Positions 47,613-61,000 of a stretch of 64,000 nucleotides of DNA are shown here, in pieces. How positions within the stretch are numbered: the stretch's first letter is position 1; every line of letters starts with the position of its first letter. The notes beneath the pieces are model-generated. The model was not told the DNA's origin, made no database searches, and saw nothing but the letters and a program-made list of their open reading frames with translations. A program made the position numbers and the translations under genes. Source of the DNA: Schmidtea polychroa (Eukaryota); the NCBI GenBank assembly GCA_044892525.1, contig CM097885.1, positions 3,164,001-3,228,000 of the forward strand, in the 5' to 3' direction.

Positions 47613-50600
47613 CTCTGATTTTATCCGACAAAATATTCTGTCCCCCTATGGGTATTGCTCACAAGGGTACTACTCACATTCAACATGTCGCAAGGGTACT
47701 GATCATTTAATGCTTTTATTTGAATGATTATTTAGGCAAATTTGTTGTTTAAGGCATTGATAATTTTTAGAGTTGATGGTTTTAATAAATATTCAAGTAA
47801 ATTTCTATCATTTTTGTGAATTTTTATCGTTTTTTGTGAATTTCCATCATTTTTGTAATTTTCTATCATTTTTATGAATTTCTATCATTTTTGTTAGTTC
47901 TAAGCTATATTTAATTAATTTCTTGATAATTGGATGTATTTTTATTGACTTGTTTTTAAATAAAAATTAATTTCAATGACAATTAGGATCAAGTGATAGG
48001 ATAAATTTTTATGAGGATATTGAATAATTTTCTAAGAATTTCATGTTGACTGATTTAAAGTTTTAATGGTGATAAATTTAATTAATTTCTTGATAATAAG
48101 TTGTATTTTATTGAATAGTTTTTAAATAAAAATTAATTTCATTGACAATTAGGTTAATAATTAAGTGATAGAATAAATTTTTGATGACTTTGTAATGCAT
48201 TTGAATAAATAATTTTTTTCAATAATTTTCTAAGAATATTTACACATTGATGAACTTTAAAAAACAATCTAAGAAACCAGTTAACTTTACCAAGGACTTT
48301 AAATTTACTTGATAATTGTTGTAGGATATACAGAAATTTAGTTTGATGTTATTGCTTGAAAATTATTGGTTGAATAGCTGAAGAATTATGATCAAACAAT
48401 ATATATATCATCTCCAGTATTTGATGGTAAATATTTGTAGAAATTTTTAGTGAATTTTGATCTTTTAGTGGGCTCTTATTATTTGTCTGGTTCTATAACA
48501 ATTAATTAAAAGTCATATTTTTGAAGTTCTCTGAGGATTTTAAGAGGATTGATATATATTAAAGGGCTCAAGTGGGTGGAATCTTTAGGGAAAATAAGGG
48601 ATATAATCGGATAGATGTTTAAAAGGGTAGAAATATTTGCTGAGAGATCGGATAAGATGGGATATTGTCGGTTAGATTTAATGAGAAATCGGTTAAGATG
48701 GGAAAATATGATCTTTTAAGGGGGATATAGTCGGTTAGATTTAATGAGAGATCAGAAAAGGTGGGAATATATGATTTTTTAAGGGTGATGTTGGTAAAAT
48801 ATCAATGTTTTAAAGGAAATGCCAATACATTAGTCAGTTATGAATCAATAATAATGTGAAATTATATCGTTTTATTAGGTTGTGAATCACAACTTGTGAT
48901 TAATGCACAGTAAATTAATTTAGAACAATGTTTTATTAAGTAGGGATAATGATCGTTTTACTTGGTTTTGACAATGAAATCTTTATAGATAATTGGGATT
49001 GATATCAACTTTAAATTATTTTTATCTTTATTTAGGCGGAAAATGACAAAAGTTTAGAAATATGGACTTAAAACATCGACAACAACTAAATAAAATTGAT
49101 CTTTATTGGAAGAAATCTTGATTTTAATTAGTAATTAAATCGGTTGAATATCGGTAAAAATGATCATTTGAAGAAATATATTTTATTGAATGGATAAATT
49201 TGATCTTTCAATGGGACCTAGTCAGTTATATTGTACAGTAATATTTATTTAAAAATATTGAGTACAGTGAATAACAAAAATTTAATTATAACTGGTTTTA
49301 TCAATAGATTTTATACATTATTTAGGGTTAATGACCAATTTATTTTACATGTTTTATAGGGAAATATTAGTGATAATATGAATTAAAGTTAGAATTATAG
49401 TCATTTAAAGGGGATTTTAAGCAATCTTATTAGTCAGAGGTAAATATATAACCTTTTAAGGATATTTATCGATAAAATACTAATCTTTAAAGATAGAGTT
49501 ATTTCAGGGAAATTTGATGCTTTTTAGATGATTTTAGTGAATTATTTGTAATAATATGGATTAAGGGTAGAAATATAGTCATTTAAGAGATTTTAAGGAA
49601 TCTTGCTAGTTTGAGGTGAATATATGATCTTTAACAACTACTTATCGATAAGATACTAATCTTAAAAGATAGAGATATTTCAGGGAAAATGATTCTTTTT
49701 AGATGATTTTATTAGAGAATTCGCTTGAATATACCAATTATTGTCATTTAAATGAATTTACTGGTTTGTTTGATGTTATCATTAGTTTTCTAGTCTCTCT
49801 TGGAATTTAATGATAATTATTTTTATTGTAGATAGACGACATTGATAATGGTAATGAATTTATATTGAGAAATTGAATATTGAATATATTGAGAAATCAG
49901 TTAATCAATTTGAGTACATGTATTACTTTTACAAAAATAATTAAAATTAATTTTATTTCAATTAATTTATTCAATCTAGATCAATTATCTACTAGATTTT
50001 ATTTCAAAAATTTTTATTAATTTATTATCTTAGTTGATTCAACTTGAATGATCAGTATTTTTTTTTAATTTACTGGATGATTAATAATTAGAATTTTTTC
50101 TTGTCCATTAATTACATTTTTTTAATAATTATTTGGTATATTTTGAATAATTTAAATTTTTACAATAATTTAATCAATTTTTACCTAGTTATTGATGCCT
50201 TCAGTTCAATTAATTTTCCATCTAATTTTTCAAACGATGAGTATTTTTCTTTTAAAGATCAATTTGTTAGTACATAGTTGTTGGTTGTAAGTAGTTGGTT
50301 GACTTTTTAGATTTTGATAAGAAAATAGTGTATGTGATGAAGAATATTTTGTATTTAATTGCTATTATTTTTATGTGTCGTTAGTTGATTGTTGGTACTT
50401 GGTATCTAGTTGATAGTATTTTGCTGATAGTGCTTGGTAACTTGTTGTAAGTACTTGGTATATAGTTGAAAATCCGTGTTCGTAAGTTACTGGTTGTTGG
50501 TACTACGTTGTTGGTATCTTGTACTTGGTAGTTGGTGCGATGTTGTTAGTATCTATTTGTAGGTTGATATTTGTTAATTTCTCGATAGGTTTTGATGGTG

Positions 50601-50801
50601 GTTGTTAGTATGTGGTTGTAAGTGTTTAGTATTTAGTTGTTAGTATGTGGCTGTCAGTTGTTGTTTGAAACCTAGGGGTTAGTACATGGTAGCTAGTTAA
50701 TGGGTAGGTGGGGGGTTGAGTGTTAGCAATATCCTTACGACCAGTACCCTTACGACCTGTACCCTTAAGGGGTCAAAACATCCTGTCGGATAAACTCAGA
50801 G
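47613..50801. mobile_element. Non-coding 3.2-kb element with TATATA-flanked inverted ends related to the Polinton inner inverted repeats
   Basis: TATATA|CTCTGATTTTATCCGACA... and ...TGTCGGATAAACTCAGAG|TATATA; no ORF-track ORFs inside; degenerate internal repeats. Confidence 0.8.
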
Positions 50802-51066
50802 TATATATAATAAAACTGATCAACAATAAGTATTTATTGAATGTGATTTTTACTTTGCAATAATAAGTCAGTAGTTATCATTTAAAAGAAGAATGTTTTG
50901 TAAATTAGAATTCATTAGTATTTCATTGTAATTTAAATTATCCTCCTTTCCACGTGGTGTTTTAAAGTGGTTGAGTTGTGGTTTTTTGATGAAAATCAAC
51001 ATTTTTGTTAAATTTAGACATTTTGAAAAGGTTTTTCTACTGATTGTAATTAAAATTATTATAGAA

Positions 51067-53325
51067 CAGGGGTGCCCATAATGTCGATCGCGATATACCG
51101 GTAGATCGCGAAGGATTTTTAGTAGATCTTCATAAAAAAATATTTTTTATATAAATTTAGATTTTATATAAAATTTCTGTTTTATGCTTAAATTTTTGTG
51201 TAACAAAGTGAAAAATTTTCTTAAGCTTTTTTGTTAAATTAATTTTGTTTAAAAATGCTAAATAAAAAAGCCAAGACTTATCATTATAGCGAAGAAATGG
51301 AGAAGGAGTACTTTTTTGTAATGATTAAAGGTAAATGTTGTTGCTTAATTTGTAAAGCTACTATTTCATTACCAAAAAGAGGGAATTTGGAAAGGCATTT
51401 CAAGACAATTCATAAGAATTTTGCAGTTGATTATCCACTTGACAGTGAACTACGCAAGTCTAAAATCATGGAACTGAAAACATGCATTTCTTTTCAACAG
51501 TCATTTTTTACGAAGCTAACATCCAAATCAAAGTCAGCTACAGCTGAATCTTTCCGAGTAAGCTACATTCTGGCAAAAAATAAGAAATCTTTTAGTGATG
51601 GAGTAATTGTAAAAGAAGCATTTTTAGAAGCGGCAGAATCATTATTTTGTGATTTTAAAAATAAATCAGATATAATTTCTGATATTACTGATATGCAATT
51701 GTCCCTTAATACAGTTACACGGAGAGTCCAAGAAATAAGTACCAATTTAAAAAATCAGTTAATGTTAGACATAGGAAATTGTACCGCATTTTCATTGCAA
51801 GCAGACGAATCAACTGATGCGGTTGATATTTCGCAGCTTATAATTTTTATTCGAATGGTCTTTAAAGATTTTTCTACGAAGGAAGAATTATTAACAATAA
51901 TACCACTCAAAAGTAAAACTCGAGGTGAGGATATATTTCAGAATTTTAAAGCTTATGCCAACAGCATTCAGCTCCAAATTTGTAAGCTTGTATCAATAAC
52001 AACAGATGGCGCACCAGCTATGACAGGGCGTCACAACGGATTTATAGCATATTGTAGGAATGATTGTGAATTCCCAGATTTTCTTTCCTACCACTGTATT
52101 ATTCATCAACAAGGCTTGTGTGCTAAAATTCTGAATATGAGAGATATTATGGAAATAACATTCAAAATTGCTAACTCGATTCGTGCAAGAAGTCTTCAGA
52201 GACGACTTTTCAAATTACAAATTGAAGAAAGTAATAGCGAAGGTCCTGCTGAATTACTGATGCATTCAGATATAAGGTGGCTAAGTAGAGGAAAATTCTT
52301 ACAAAGATTTAGAGATTTGCTTTCTGAGATTAAGTTGTTCCTTGCCGCAAGAGGTGATGAGTTCAACCAATTGGACGATGATGTTTGGCTCTTGGATTTG
52401 GCATTTTTAGTAGATATTACTGCAATTCTGAATGAATTAAATCTCGACTTACAAGGTAAGGATAAATTGATATTCGATATGATAAGTTCAATCAATGCAT
52501 TTATACAAAAGCTTCATTTACTTATTACCAAACTAGAAGACAAAAATTTAAGTTATTTTCCAAATATGTTATCACAATTAAAAGAATCTGAAAATGTCAA
52601 CTTTAATATTACGAGATATGCGGAACAGATCAAAATTTTGGTTTTAGAGTTCGAGAGACGTTTTCAAGACTTCAAGAAACTTGAAATTGTGGCTGCATTT
52701 ATGTCCTTTCCGTTTAATCCAAAAATAAAACCAGAAATTGTTGCAGATTCAATTTCAACTTAGTTTAAAATGGATATCCCTATACTTGAAATGGAAATAA
52801 TCACACTTCAAAATGATATCTTCATTAAATCAAGATCTTCCGAACCAAATGTATGGAAATATCTATCAGAGGATAAATATTCAAACTTGAAAAAATGCTT
52901 CGAAAATTTAGTATCATTTTTTGGTTTAACTTATTTATGTGAGTCTGCATTTTCACATATGAAAATTATAAAGTCAAAGTACCGAGCAACATTAACAGAT
53001 GACCATTTGGAATCCAGCCAAAAAGAAGTTGTCTTAGCACTTATATCCCAAACTACAAAAATCTAGTGGATTCAACCCAATGTAGAGCATCAACATCGAA
53101 AAGTTCTATATAAAAATAATTTTCATTAAATTTGATTTCCTAAGTTACATTTTTTTATAATAAATAGTTATATAGTTTAATTTTCCATATTTTGACATAT
53201 ATTTGTTTTATTGTGATGAATTTATTGCATTGTAGGTAAATATTATGTAAGTATTAAAAAAGTAGATCGCATACACATTTTGGATGTGAATGTAGCTCTC
53301 CTAGAAAAATTAGTGGGCACCCCTG
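51067..53325 (+). mobile_element. Buster-type hAT (GTF2IRD2/SPIN-like transposase), full length but inactivated
   Basis: TIR CAGGGGTGCCCA, perfect TSD TTATAGAA with central TA. Motifs CLIC..NLERH, FSLQADESTD, TTDGAPAM, HCIIHQ, IRWLSRG, TYLCESAFS. In-frame TAG at 52761-52763. Confidence 0.95.
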
Positions 53326-53629
53326 TTATAGAAGCTGTATAAAAAAATATTAATTTAAAAAAATACAATTCATAAAATACAATAAAGAATATTTAGTTGA
53401 TTGTAAGTATTTATTGTAAATATAAATATAATCCTTATTTTCATATTTAACCAATAATTTCATGTGGTCATTGATTAATTGACGAAGATTTGCATCTAAA
53501 ATTAACATTGAAAATCCCAGAAAACTTTCATCTTAAATTGACTTTAACTTTAATATTTTAAACCATTGATTACTTAATTTTAAAATTAGACATTATTTTA
53601 TCTATTTAACCAATAATTTCATGTGGTCA

Positions 53630-54400
53630 TCTGGTTGGTATCTAGTTGACAGTGCTTAGTACTAGGTAAGTTACTTGGTTGTTAGTATCTAGTTGTAGGT
53701 ATCTGGTTGATGTTGGTTGTATGTACTTGGTAGGTAGTAGCTAGTTGTTAGCTGGTTGTAGATAGTTAATGGGTAGGTGGTTTTAGGTACTTGGTATCTA
53801 GTTGTTAGTATCTAGTTGTAGGTATCTAGTTGTTAGTATCTAGTTGTAGGTATCTAGTTGATGTTGGTTGTAAGTAGTTGGTAGGTGGTTGTAGGTACTT
53901 AGTAGTTAGTAATTAATGCTTAGTACCTGGTTGTTGTCGGTTGTTAGTACTTGGTATCTAGTTGGTTGTAGGTACTTAGTAGTTGGTTAATAGGTAGGTG
54001 GTTGTAGGTACTTGGTATCTAGTTGTTAGTATCTAGTTGTAGGTATCTGGTTGATGTTGGTTGTATGTACTTGGAAAGTGGTAGTTAGTTGTTAGCTGGT
54101 TGTTGTGGGTTGTAAGTACTTGGTACCTAGTTGGTTGCTTGTTTTTGGTTGTTAGTACATAGTTGTAGGTTGTAAGTATTTCGTATCAGGTAACTAGTTG
54201 TTAGTAACTAGTTGTAAGTACTTGGTATCTGGTAATTGGTTGTAAGTATCTGGTTGTTTGAGAGTTAGTTAGTACGTGGTATCTAGTTGTAAGTACTTGG
54301 TAGGTGGTAACTGGTTGTTAGTAACTAGTTGTAGGTATCCAGTTGTAAATACATGTTCGTAAGTTACTGGTTGTTGGTACTAAGTTGTTGGTTTGTTGTT
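53630..54400. repeat. GT-rich degenerate tandem repeat (TAGTTGTAGGTATC-like)
   Basis: Visible; shares GTTCGTAAGTTACTGGTTGTTGGTACTA with about 50478-50505. Confidence 0.85.
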
Positions 54401-54519
54401 GAATTATTATTAAAATTATTAAAATATTTCATAAAAATTTCCATTAAAAATTAACTTAAAAAATTATTCCATATAAATTTTCATTGAAAAATTTCAATTT
54501 CAACTTTTTGTTAATAAAT

Positions 54520-55170
54520 TTAAAAATCTTACTTTAATTTACTTATTACATTACTTTAATTTACTTATTTAAAAATTATTACTTTAATTTACTTATTTAA
54601 CTTTAATTTAAAATTTTTTTTACCATTGATTACTTAATTTTAAAATTTGGACCTTAATTAACTTTAATTTAATTTTTTAGAACCTTAATTTAGTTATTTG
54701 AGCCCATTCATTACTTTAATTTAAAATTTCGGACCTTGATTTACTTTAATTAAAAATTTGAACCATTATTTACTTTAATTTAAAAATTTGAACCTTAATT
54801 TAGTTATTTGAGCCCATTCATTACTTTAATTCAAAAATATGAACCTTAATTTACTTATTTAGACCATAATTTACTTTAATTGAAAATTTGGACCATAATT
54901 TACTTTAATTTAATTTTTTAGAACCTTAATTTACTTTAAGTTAAAAAATTTGAACCTTAATTTACTTATCTAGACCATAATTTACGTTAATTTAAAATAT
55001 TTGGACCATTGATTACTTTAATTTAATTTTTTAGAACCTTAATTTACTTTAAGTTAAAAAATTTGAACCTTAATTTACTTATCTAGACCATAATTTACTT
55101 TAATTTAAAATATTTGGACCATTGATTACTTTAATTCAAAAATCTTAGCCCATAATTTACTGTAGTTCAA
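54520..55170. repeat. AT-rich tandem repeat (TTACTTTAATTTAAAAATTTGGACCAT-like)
   Basis: Visible variant units. Confidence 0.85.
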
Positions 55171-55177
55171 TTTTTAG

Positions 55178-56576
55178 ACTACTTAGACATATATTATTTT
55201 TTGCATAAATAATATTTGAATTCTTAGGTTTTTTAAAAATTAAAATACGACATAATTTTTAGCACACTTTAAAGATTTTTAAGTATTAATAATTTTAACC
55301 TATTTTTTTATACTACTTTATATGATTTTAATGTTTATAATAATTTTAGAATTGATTATGAGATCTCCAGATTTAAAGAAAGTTGCTATAAAGATGAAAC
55401 AGGAAGGTAACAGTTATGGTGCAATTGGCACCATTTTGGGCATGTCTAGATATGCTGTTAAGAATTTAGTCACCTACAAATATGTGTTACATAAACGCAA
55501 ACGTGGAAACAGAAGAAAAATAAGTAAAGCAGACGCGTTATCCATCAAAAGAGAAACTGCACGGATAACGAGAGCACAGGAAAAAGTAAATTCGCCCAAG
55601 ATCAAGAGAAATTGTGGGCTAGCTGTATCAACAAGGACAGTACAAAGGTATATGCAGCTTGCTGGTATGAAATACGCAAAAAGTTATCACGAAATCATCC
55701 TATCTAAGAAACACAAGGAAGAAAGAATGAAAGTGATAACAGAATGGATTTCGACCAATCACATTTGGGAGAATACTATATTCTCAGACGAAAAAAGGTT
55801 CACACTTGATGGACCAGATTGTTGGATGACATATATTCCGAAAACATCAAAATATGTGCGTAATATTCGGCAATGTCATGGAGGTGGAATTATGGTCTGG
55901 CTGATGATCCTTCCTAACGGACTTCTATCTTTCCACATGATAACTGGCAAATTTAAGTCGACCGATTACATTACCCTATTGAAGACCTTTGCTGTGCCAA
56001 TAATGAAAGTTAACGTAAAGAGGAATTTTTACTTCCAGCAAGACAATTGCACAGTACACAAAGCACGGATTGTCCAAGATTATCTGAAATCAAGTAATAT
56101 ATCAACGATTACATGGCCGTCACGAAGTCCAGACTTGAACATAGTTGAGGATGTCTGGAAGATGATTTCAGATATGGTTTATGACGGACCGCAGTTCTTA
56201 AACATAGCTGTTTTAGAAAAAAAAATTACGGATGTCATATCTCTTATCAACTGTACCAGGAGACATAAAATTTTGGATTTCTATGCATCAATAAGATTGA
56301 GACTGTGTAAAGTTCTGAGTAATCACGGAAATTTGTATAATTGTTAAGTATTAGTGTGTATAAATAAAGTGTGCTAAAAATTGTGTCGTATTTTAATTTT
56401 TAAAAAACCTAAGAATTCAAATATTATTTATGCAAAAAATAATATATGTCTAAGTAGTGATAATTATTAAAAGTATTACTATATTAATTACAATCATACA
56501 AAATTTATTTCATTTATTACATTATTCATGATTTTGTAACGAAATTTCTTACTGTGCTAAAAATAGTGTCGGACAG
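55178..56576 (+). mobile_element. Tc1-family transposon with IR/DR ends; left TIR truncated
   Basis: 55178-55271 is the inverted copy of 56365-56458. The right TIR runs to ...GTGTCGGACAG|TA and has two GTGCTAAAAAT(T/A)GTGTCG direct repeats. Confidence 0.9.
55322..56347 (+). CDS. Tc1-like transposase, DD34E, intact ORF
   Basis: FSDEKRF, FQQDN, WPSRSPDLNIVE with 34 residues between D and E; N-terminal HTH region. The true start may be 55358. Confidence 0.93.
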   Translation: MILMFIIILELIMRSPDLKKVAIKMKQEGNSYGAIGTILGMSRYAVKNLVTYKYVLHKRKRGNRRKISKADALSIKRETARITRAQEKVNSPKIKRNCGLAVSTRTVQRYMQLAGMKYAKSYHEIILSKKHKEERMKVITEWISTNHIWENTIFSDEKRFTLDGPDCWMTYIPKTSKYVRNIRQCHGGGIMVWLMILPNGLLSFHMITGKFKSTDYITLLKTFAVPIMKVNVKRNFYFQQDNCTVHKARIVQDYLKSSNISTITWPSRSPDLNIVEDVWKMISDMVYDGPQFLNIAVLEKKITDVISLINCTRRHKILDFYASIRLRLCKVLSNHGNLYNC

Positions 56577-56599
56577 TATATATATATAGTGCTGATTTG

Positions 56600-57430
56600 T
56601 GCACTTTTTTCAAGTGTTCGTGATAATTGCTGGTTTTGCTCTTGACGTGTTCGTGAGTCTTGTTTTGAACGTTCTATGTGTTTCACCTATGTACGATGCG
56701 TCACATCTCGTGCAAGTAATTAGGTAAACGATGTTCTGTGAGAAGCAGAAACATTTGGTGGAAGATTGGCATATACAATCTCGATGAAATAGGTCTGATG
56801 TTAGAGATTTTTGAGATTTACGAATCTGTGATTTTAAGCTCTAATTGTGTTCCATGTCCTATTGCTTAAATAGGGAAGCGTATGTATATTACTCGCTTAT
56901 TGACATGTTCATTTTTTTGTATTATGTCTATATGAGTTGTATTCAGTCAAGAAATATTTTTCTACGAACTCCTTTGGGTATCCATTTTGTAAAAACCGTG
57001 TTTTAAAGTTTTCTAAGGTTTTTTTGTGTTTTCGTTTTGTCAGAACAGTTCCGTATTGTTCTTTTTCTCTCTTCTACTAATAGAGCGATTTTTCGTTGGA
57101 GTGGAACGTGACTTTCCCAAGGAAGAATGTGCCCACTGTGTAAACTTTTGGTGAATAAATCTGTCTTGAATGTGAGCGTGTTTGGACCTTCAGGAGGACT
57201 TACCATGGTATCTAAGAAAGTAATCTTGCCTTCTGGGTCAGGTATTTCAAGAGTGAATTGTATATTAGTGTTGGTGGCGTTTGTATGTGCCAAGATTATA
57301 TTGAGAGGTACTATGAAAATGTCATCAATGTATCTTTTCCACATCAGGATTTTATCTCCAAAAAATTATCTAATATTTGTAATATAAGACATCTCTTCGC
57401 CATATTGCTCACTGAAATACGACATATCAA
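56600..57430 (-). mobile_element. Penelope-like retroelement remnant (RT C-terminus plus GIY-YIG endonuclease)
   Basis: WKRYIDDIF, ITFLDT; downstream CTRCDASYIGETHRTFKTR on the minus strand. Confidence 0.85.
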
Positions 57431-58095
57431 ACATTCATTATCTTCCATATTTCACTAAGGCCGAAAATTCAAAAACAACCCGAATTACCAAAATTATAAA
57501 TCAATTCTAAAAAACTTCCAGAATTCGAATCATATATCCAAAATCGATAGAACCATATATTTTTCAAAAGAACAGGAATTCAAATTCAACAATCAATTTC
57601 TGGAAAACACAAAGCCACAAAGCAAAATTCAAATCAATTCTTTAAAACCACAATTCGAGAAAACATTACTCTAGCAATTCGAAATCGATCCAAAAAACTC
57701 TGACCATGATAATATTCACAATTGTCCGCGTCTGTGTGTGCACACAAACACAAACCACATCTCATAATACAACGCGCACACAGGCGCGAATTACCCTCAT
57801 AATTTACCAGAATGAGTCAATTAAATCCAGCAGATCGATCGATTGGATTGGATCATAGATCTGGATCAATAAGAGGTGGATATGAATAAAAATATAATTC
57901 AATAAATGAACGGGGCGAATAACAACAATATAAATATGAAAGTGTGCTGCACCTGTTCCGGATGGAGCAATTGTCACAGCCCAAAATAAATCCGCCAGCA
58001 AGCGTGCAACTAGAACTAGAACTATATATATATATATAACTATGCATAATCAGTAGTGCACACTCGCCATAGACCGGATCAGTGCTATCACCCGA

Positions 58096-61000
58096 TCAAT
58101 ATCTCAGATCAATGGCAACACCGAATTGTTCACTAAAACTCTGCAATTGCTTCTCCAAATATGAAATTCTTTCTTTGGCTTTGTTATATCGGAACTTTAA
58201 TTCTTCAAGTTTGGAGGAATCGGGATTCTGATTGTGCTAGATAATCAATATTGATTATTATTATTTTATTATTGATTATTTCTATTATTATTGATTGTTA
58301 TCACTATTATTGATTATTATCACTATTATTGATTATTTCTATTATTATTGATTGCTATTACTATTATTGATTATTAACATTATTATTGATTATTATCAAT
58401 ATTATTAATCTATGTCACTATTGATCATTATTACTATTATTGATTAGTATCACTATTATTGACTATTGTCACTATTATTGATTATTGTCATTATTATTGA
58501 ACATTATTACTATTATTGATTATTGTCACTATTATTGATTATTAACATTATTATTGATTATCACTATTATTGATTATTGTGACTATTATTGCTTACTGAT
58601 CATTATTATTGATTATTGTCACTATTATTGATTATTAACATTATTATTGATTATTAACAATATTATTGATCATTATTAGTATTATTAATTATTATCACTA
58701 TAATTGATTATTATTAACCTTATCTTTTAACTGGGATTGTAAATTTTCGATAATTGATGAGAGCTTCCTATTTTCGTCCTGAAGTTCCTTGTTCGCAATT
58801 CTCGAAACATTTTGTCGTCCTCGACTTTCCGCGATTGCCAATTTGCTTTCCAGATCTGCATTTTTATTTTCCAATTTGTCAACTTCACGGGCCATTTGTT
58901 TTAGATCAATTCTCGTTTTCTCGTGCTCATCTGTTTCCTGGAGGAAATCAATAATCAAATATAGATGACAGAGTAATCCATATGAATTCTTACCCGTCCC
59001 AAATCCTTTCTCAATTTCTCATAATCGCTAACAACTCTTGCTATCCCGCGCTCCTTCGCATCGTATCTCTCAGCCAGTTTCTGTCCCACCTGTTCCTTCA
59101 GTGCTGCCAGTTCCAATTTCAAATCGGCATTCTCGGCGCGCACTAACTGCATTTGCTCATTCATTATCACGCCGGGGGCCTCTTTCAATCGCTCGTTTTC
59201 CCGCTGCGTTTTCTCCACCACCTTTTTCATCCTCCCGATCACCTTTTCTAGCTCCTTTGTCGATTTGCCGCTGTCCCCGATCTGAATCTCAGCCACCATC
59301 GATTAGCAATAAATCGATATCCAAACGTTACCCGCTTGATATTGCTGATTGTACTTGCTGACGATTCCAAAGATCGATTAGATTTCCCCTCCAGCGCGTC
59401 TTTTTCTGATTTGAGTAAATCGATAAATTTCTTTTGATCTGAGACCTTTTCCTGAACAAATCAATAAATCAATTAATAATTCAACCAACCAAGGCTTCCG
59501 TTAAATTAATCAAACAAAAAATCGATTAATAAATCAATCAATAAATCAATAATCTTAGCAAATCCATCCTTAGCAACGGTTGCTATGATTACCTTTAATC
59601 TCGGGATTTCTTTTCTGGCGGCCTCCGCCTCAAATTTCAGCTCCAGATTGTCGCCATTCAGTCTCATTATCTCCTTCTGCATCGCCTTCTCCTTCTCCAT
59701 GCTGATAACAGATGTGCTACCTGATTGCGTCAGTCTCCTCTCGAGATCTTCAATATTTCTCTGTAGGATCCGATTGCGCATTTCCGCCTCCTGATTCGGT
59801 GAATGAAAATCAATCAATGAATCAATAAACCGATATTACCTTCAGTGCAACATTATTGAGAGTCTTGCTGTCGGAACTGTCGGCATTCCTCATCAGCCGA
59901 TCGATTTCCTTTTCCAACTCGCCATTCCTCCGCCTCAGCTCATCAATATCAGTGTCCGATCGATTCGGTTGAGTAGCAAGCAACGGCTTCCTAGTCTGTG
60001 CAGATATCCGTTCGATGTCCTCATCAATGTCCAGCAGTGCTCCCGGTCCCCATTTATCCGTCAATCGATTCTCAACGGCTTGCTTCTCCCTGAACAATCA
60101 ATTATCAATAAATCAATCAATAATGATCAATAAATGATCAAATCAGCTGATATATACCTTCTCATCCTATCAAGAGCCTTCGTAGTCGTGTCAAGCTGCT
60201 TTCCGAGATTCACAATTTCATTCTCTTTCTCCAATAATTTCTCCTTCAGTTTATCCTGCAATTTTTGATTCTTCTTCCCCTCTTCCCAATTATTCACTTT
60301 CTCCTGTGAATCTTGCTTGCTGTTCGCCAGTTTTGCTGGATTTCTCTTCAGTTGATTGTTTTCTTCCTCCATCAAACGCAGCTTGATCTTCATGGCCTCC
60401 AATTCTTGCTTTATTGCATCATTCGAGGACAAATTCTGAATTCCAATTCTCGATTATTGATATATGATATTTGATACATAATTTATTCATTCTCAGCCTT
60501 ACTTGGTGAATGAATGAATGAATGAATATGTGAATAATTTATCCATTTTACCAACCAGTGCAACCCTTCGCCTTTTAATCACTCGTTTAAGCAATTTCGT
60601 TAAATTACAATATATAATTTGAAAATTTAAATTTATTTTAGATTTCGGCACGAATTTTAAATTTGCAACTTTTTAAAAATAAAATTAAAATTTTTTTTAA
60701 ATTTTTGGAGCGTTTAAAAAGTCTCCTTAATTGTTTTAGAAGTCTTGTGCCTTATTTTCGGCTTCCTGTGAATGCTGCAGGGTGAGTTGCATGACTGAAA
60801 TAGCAATAAATGGATTTGAACCGCTGGAAACCAAATAAGAAGTCAACAACCCGCACTGCTACGCCATCCGGCAGTGATTACAGTTACGTAATAAAAAACA
60901 TAAAGTTGAATTTGTATCTGAATAATATTTTAAATTCAATAAATCCCATCAATAATCGATAAATCCAATAAATAATCAATAAATCCAATAAATAATCAAT

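Noticed and set aside
60812..60872. Functional tRNA gene
   Set aside because: A/B boxes are present but the stems do not form a convincing cloverleaf; kept only as SINE-like.
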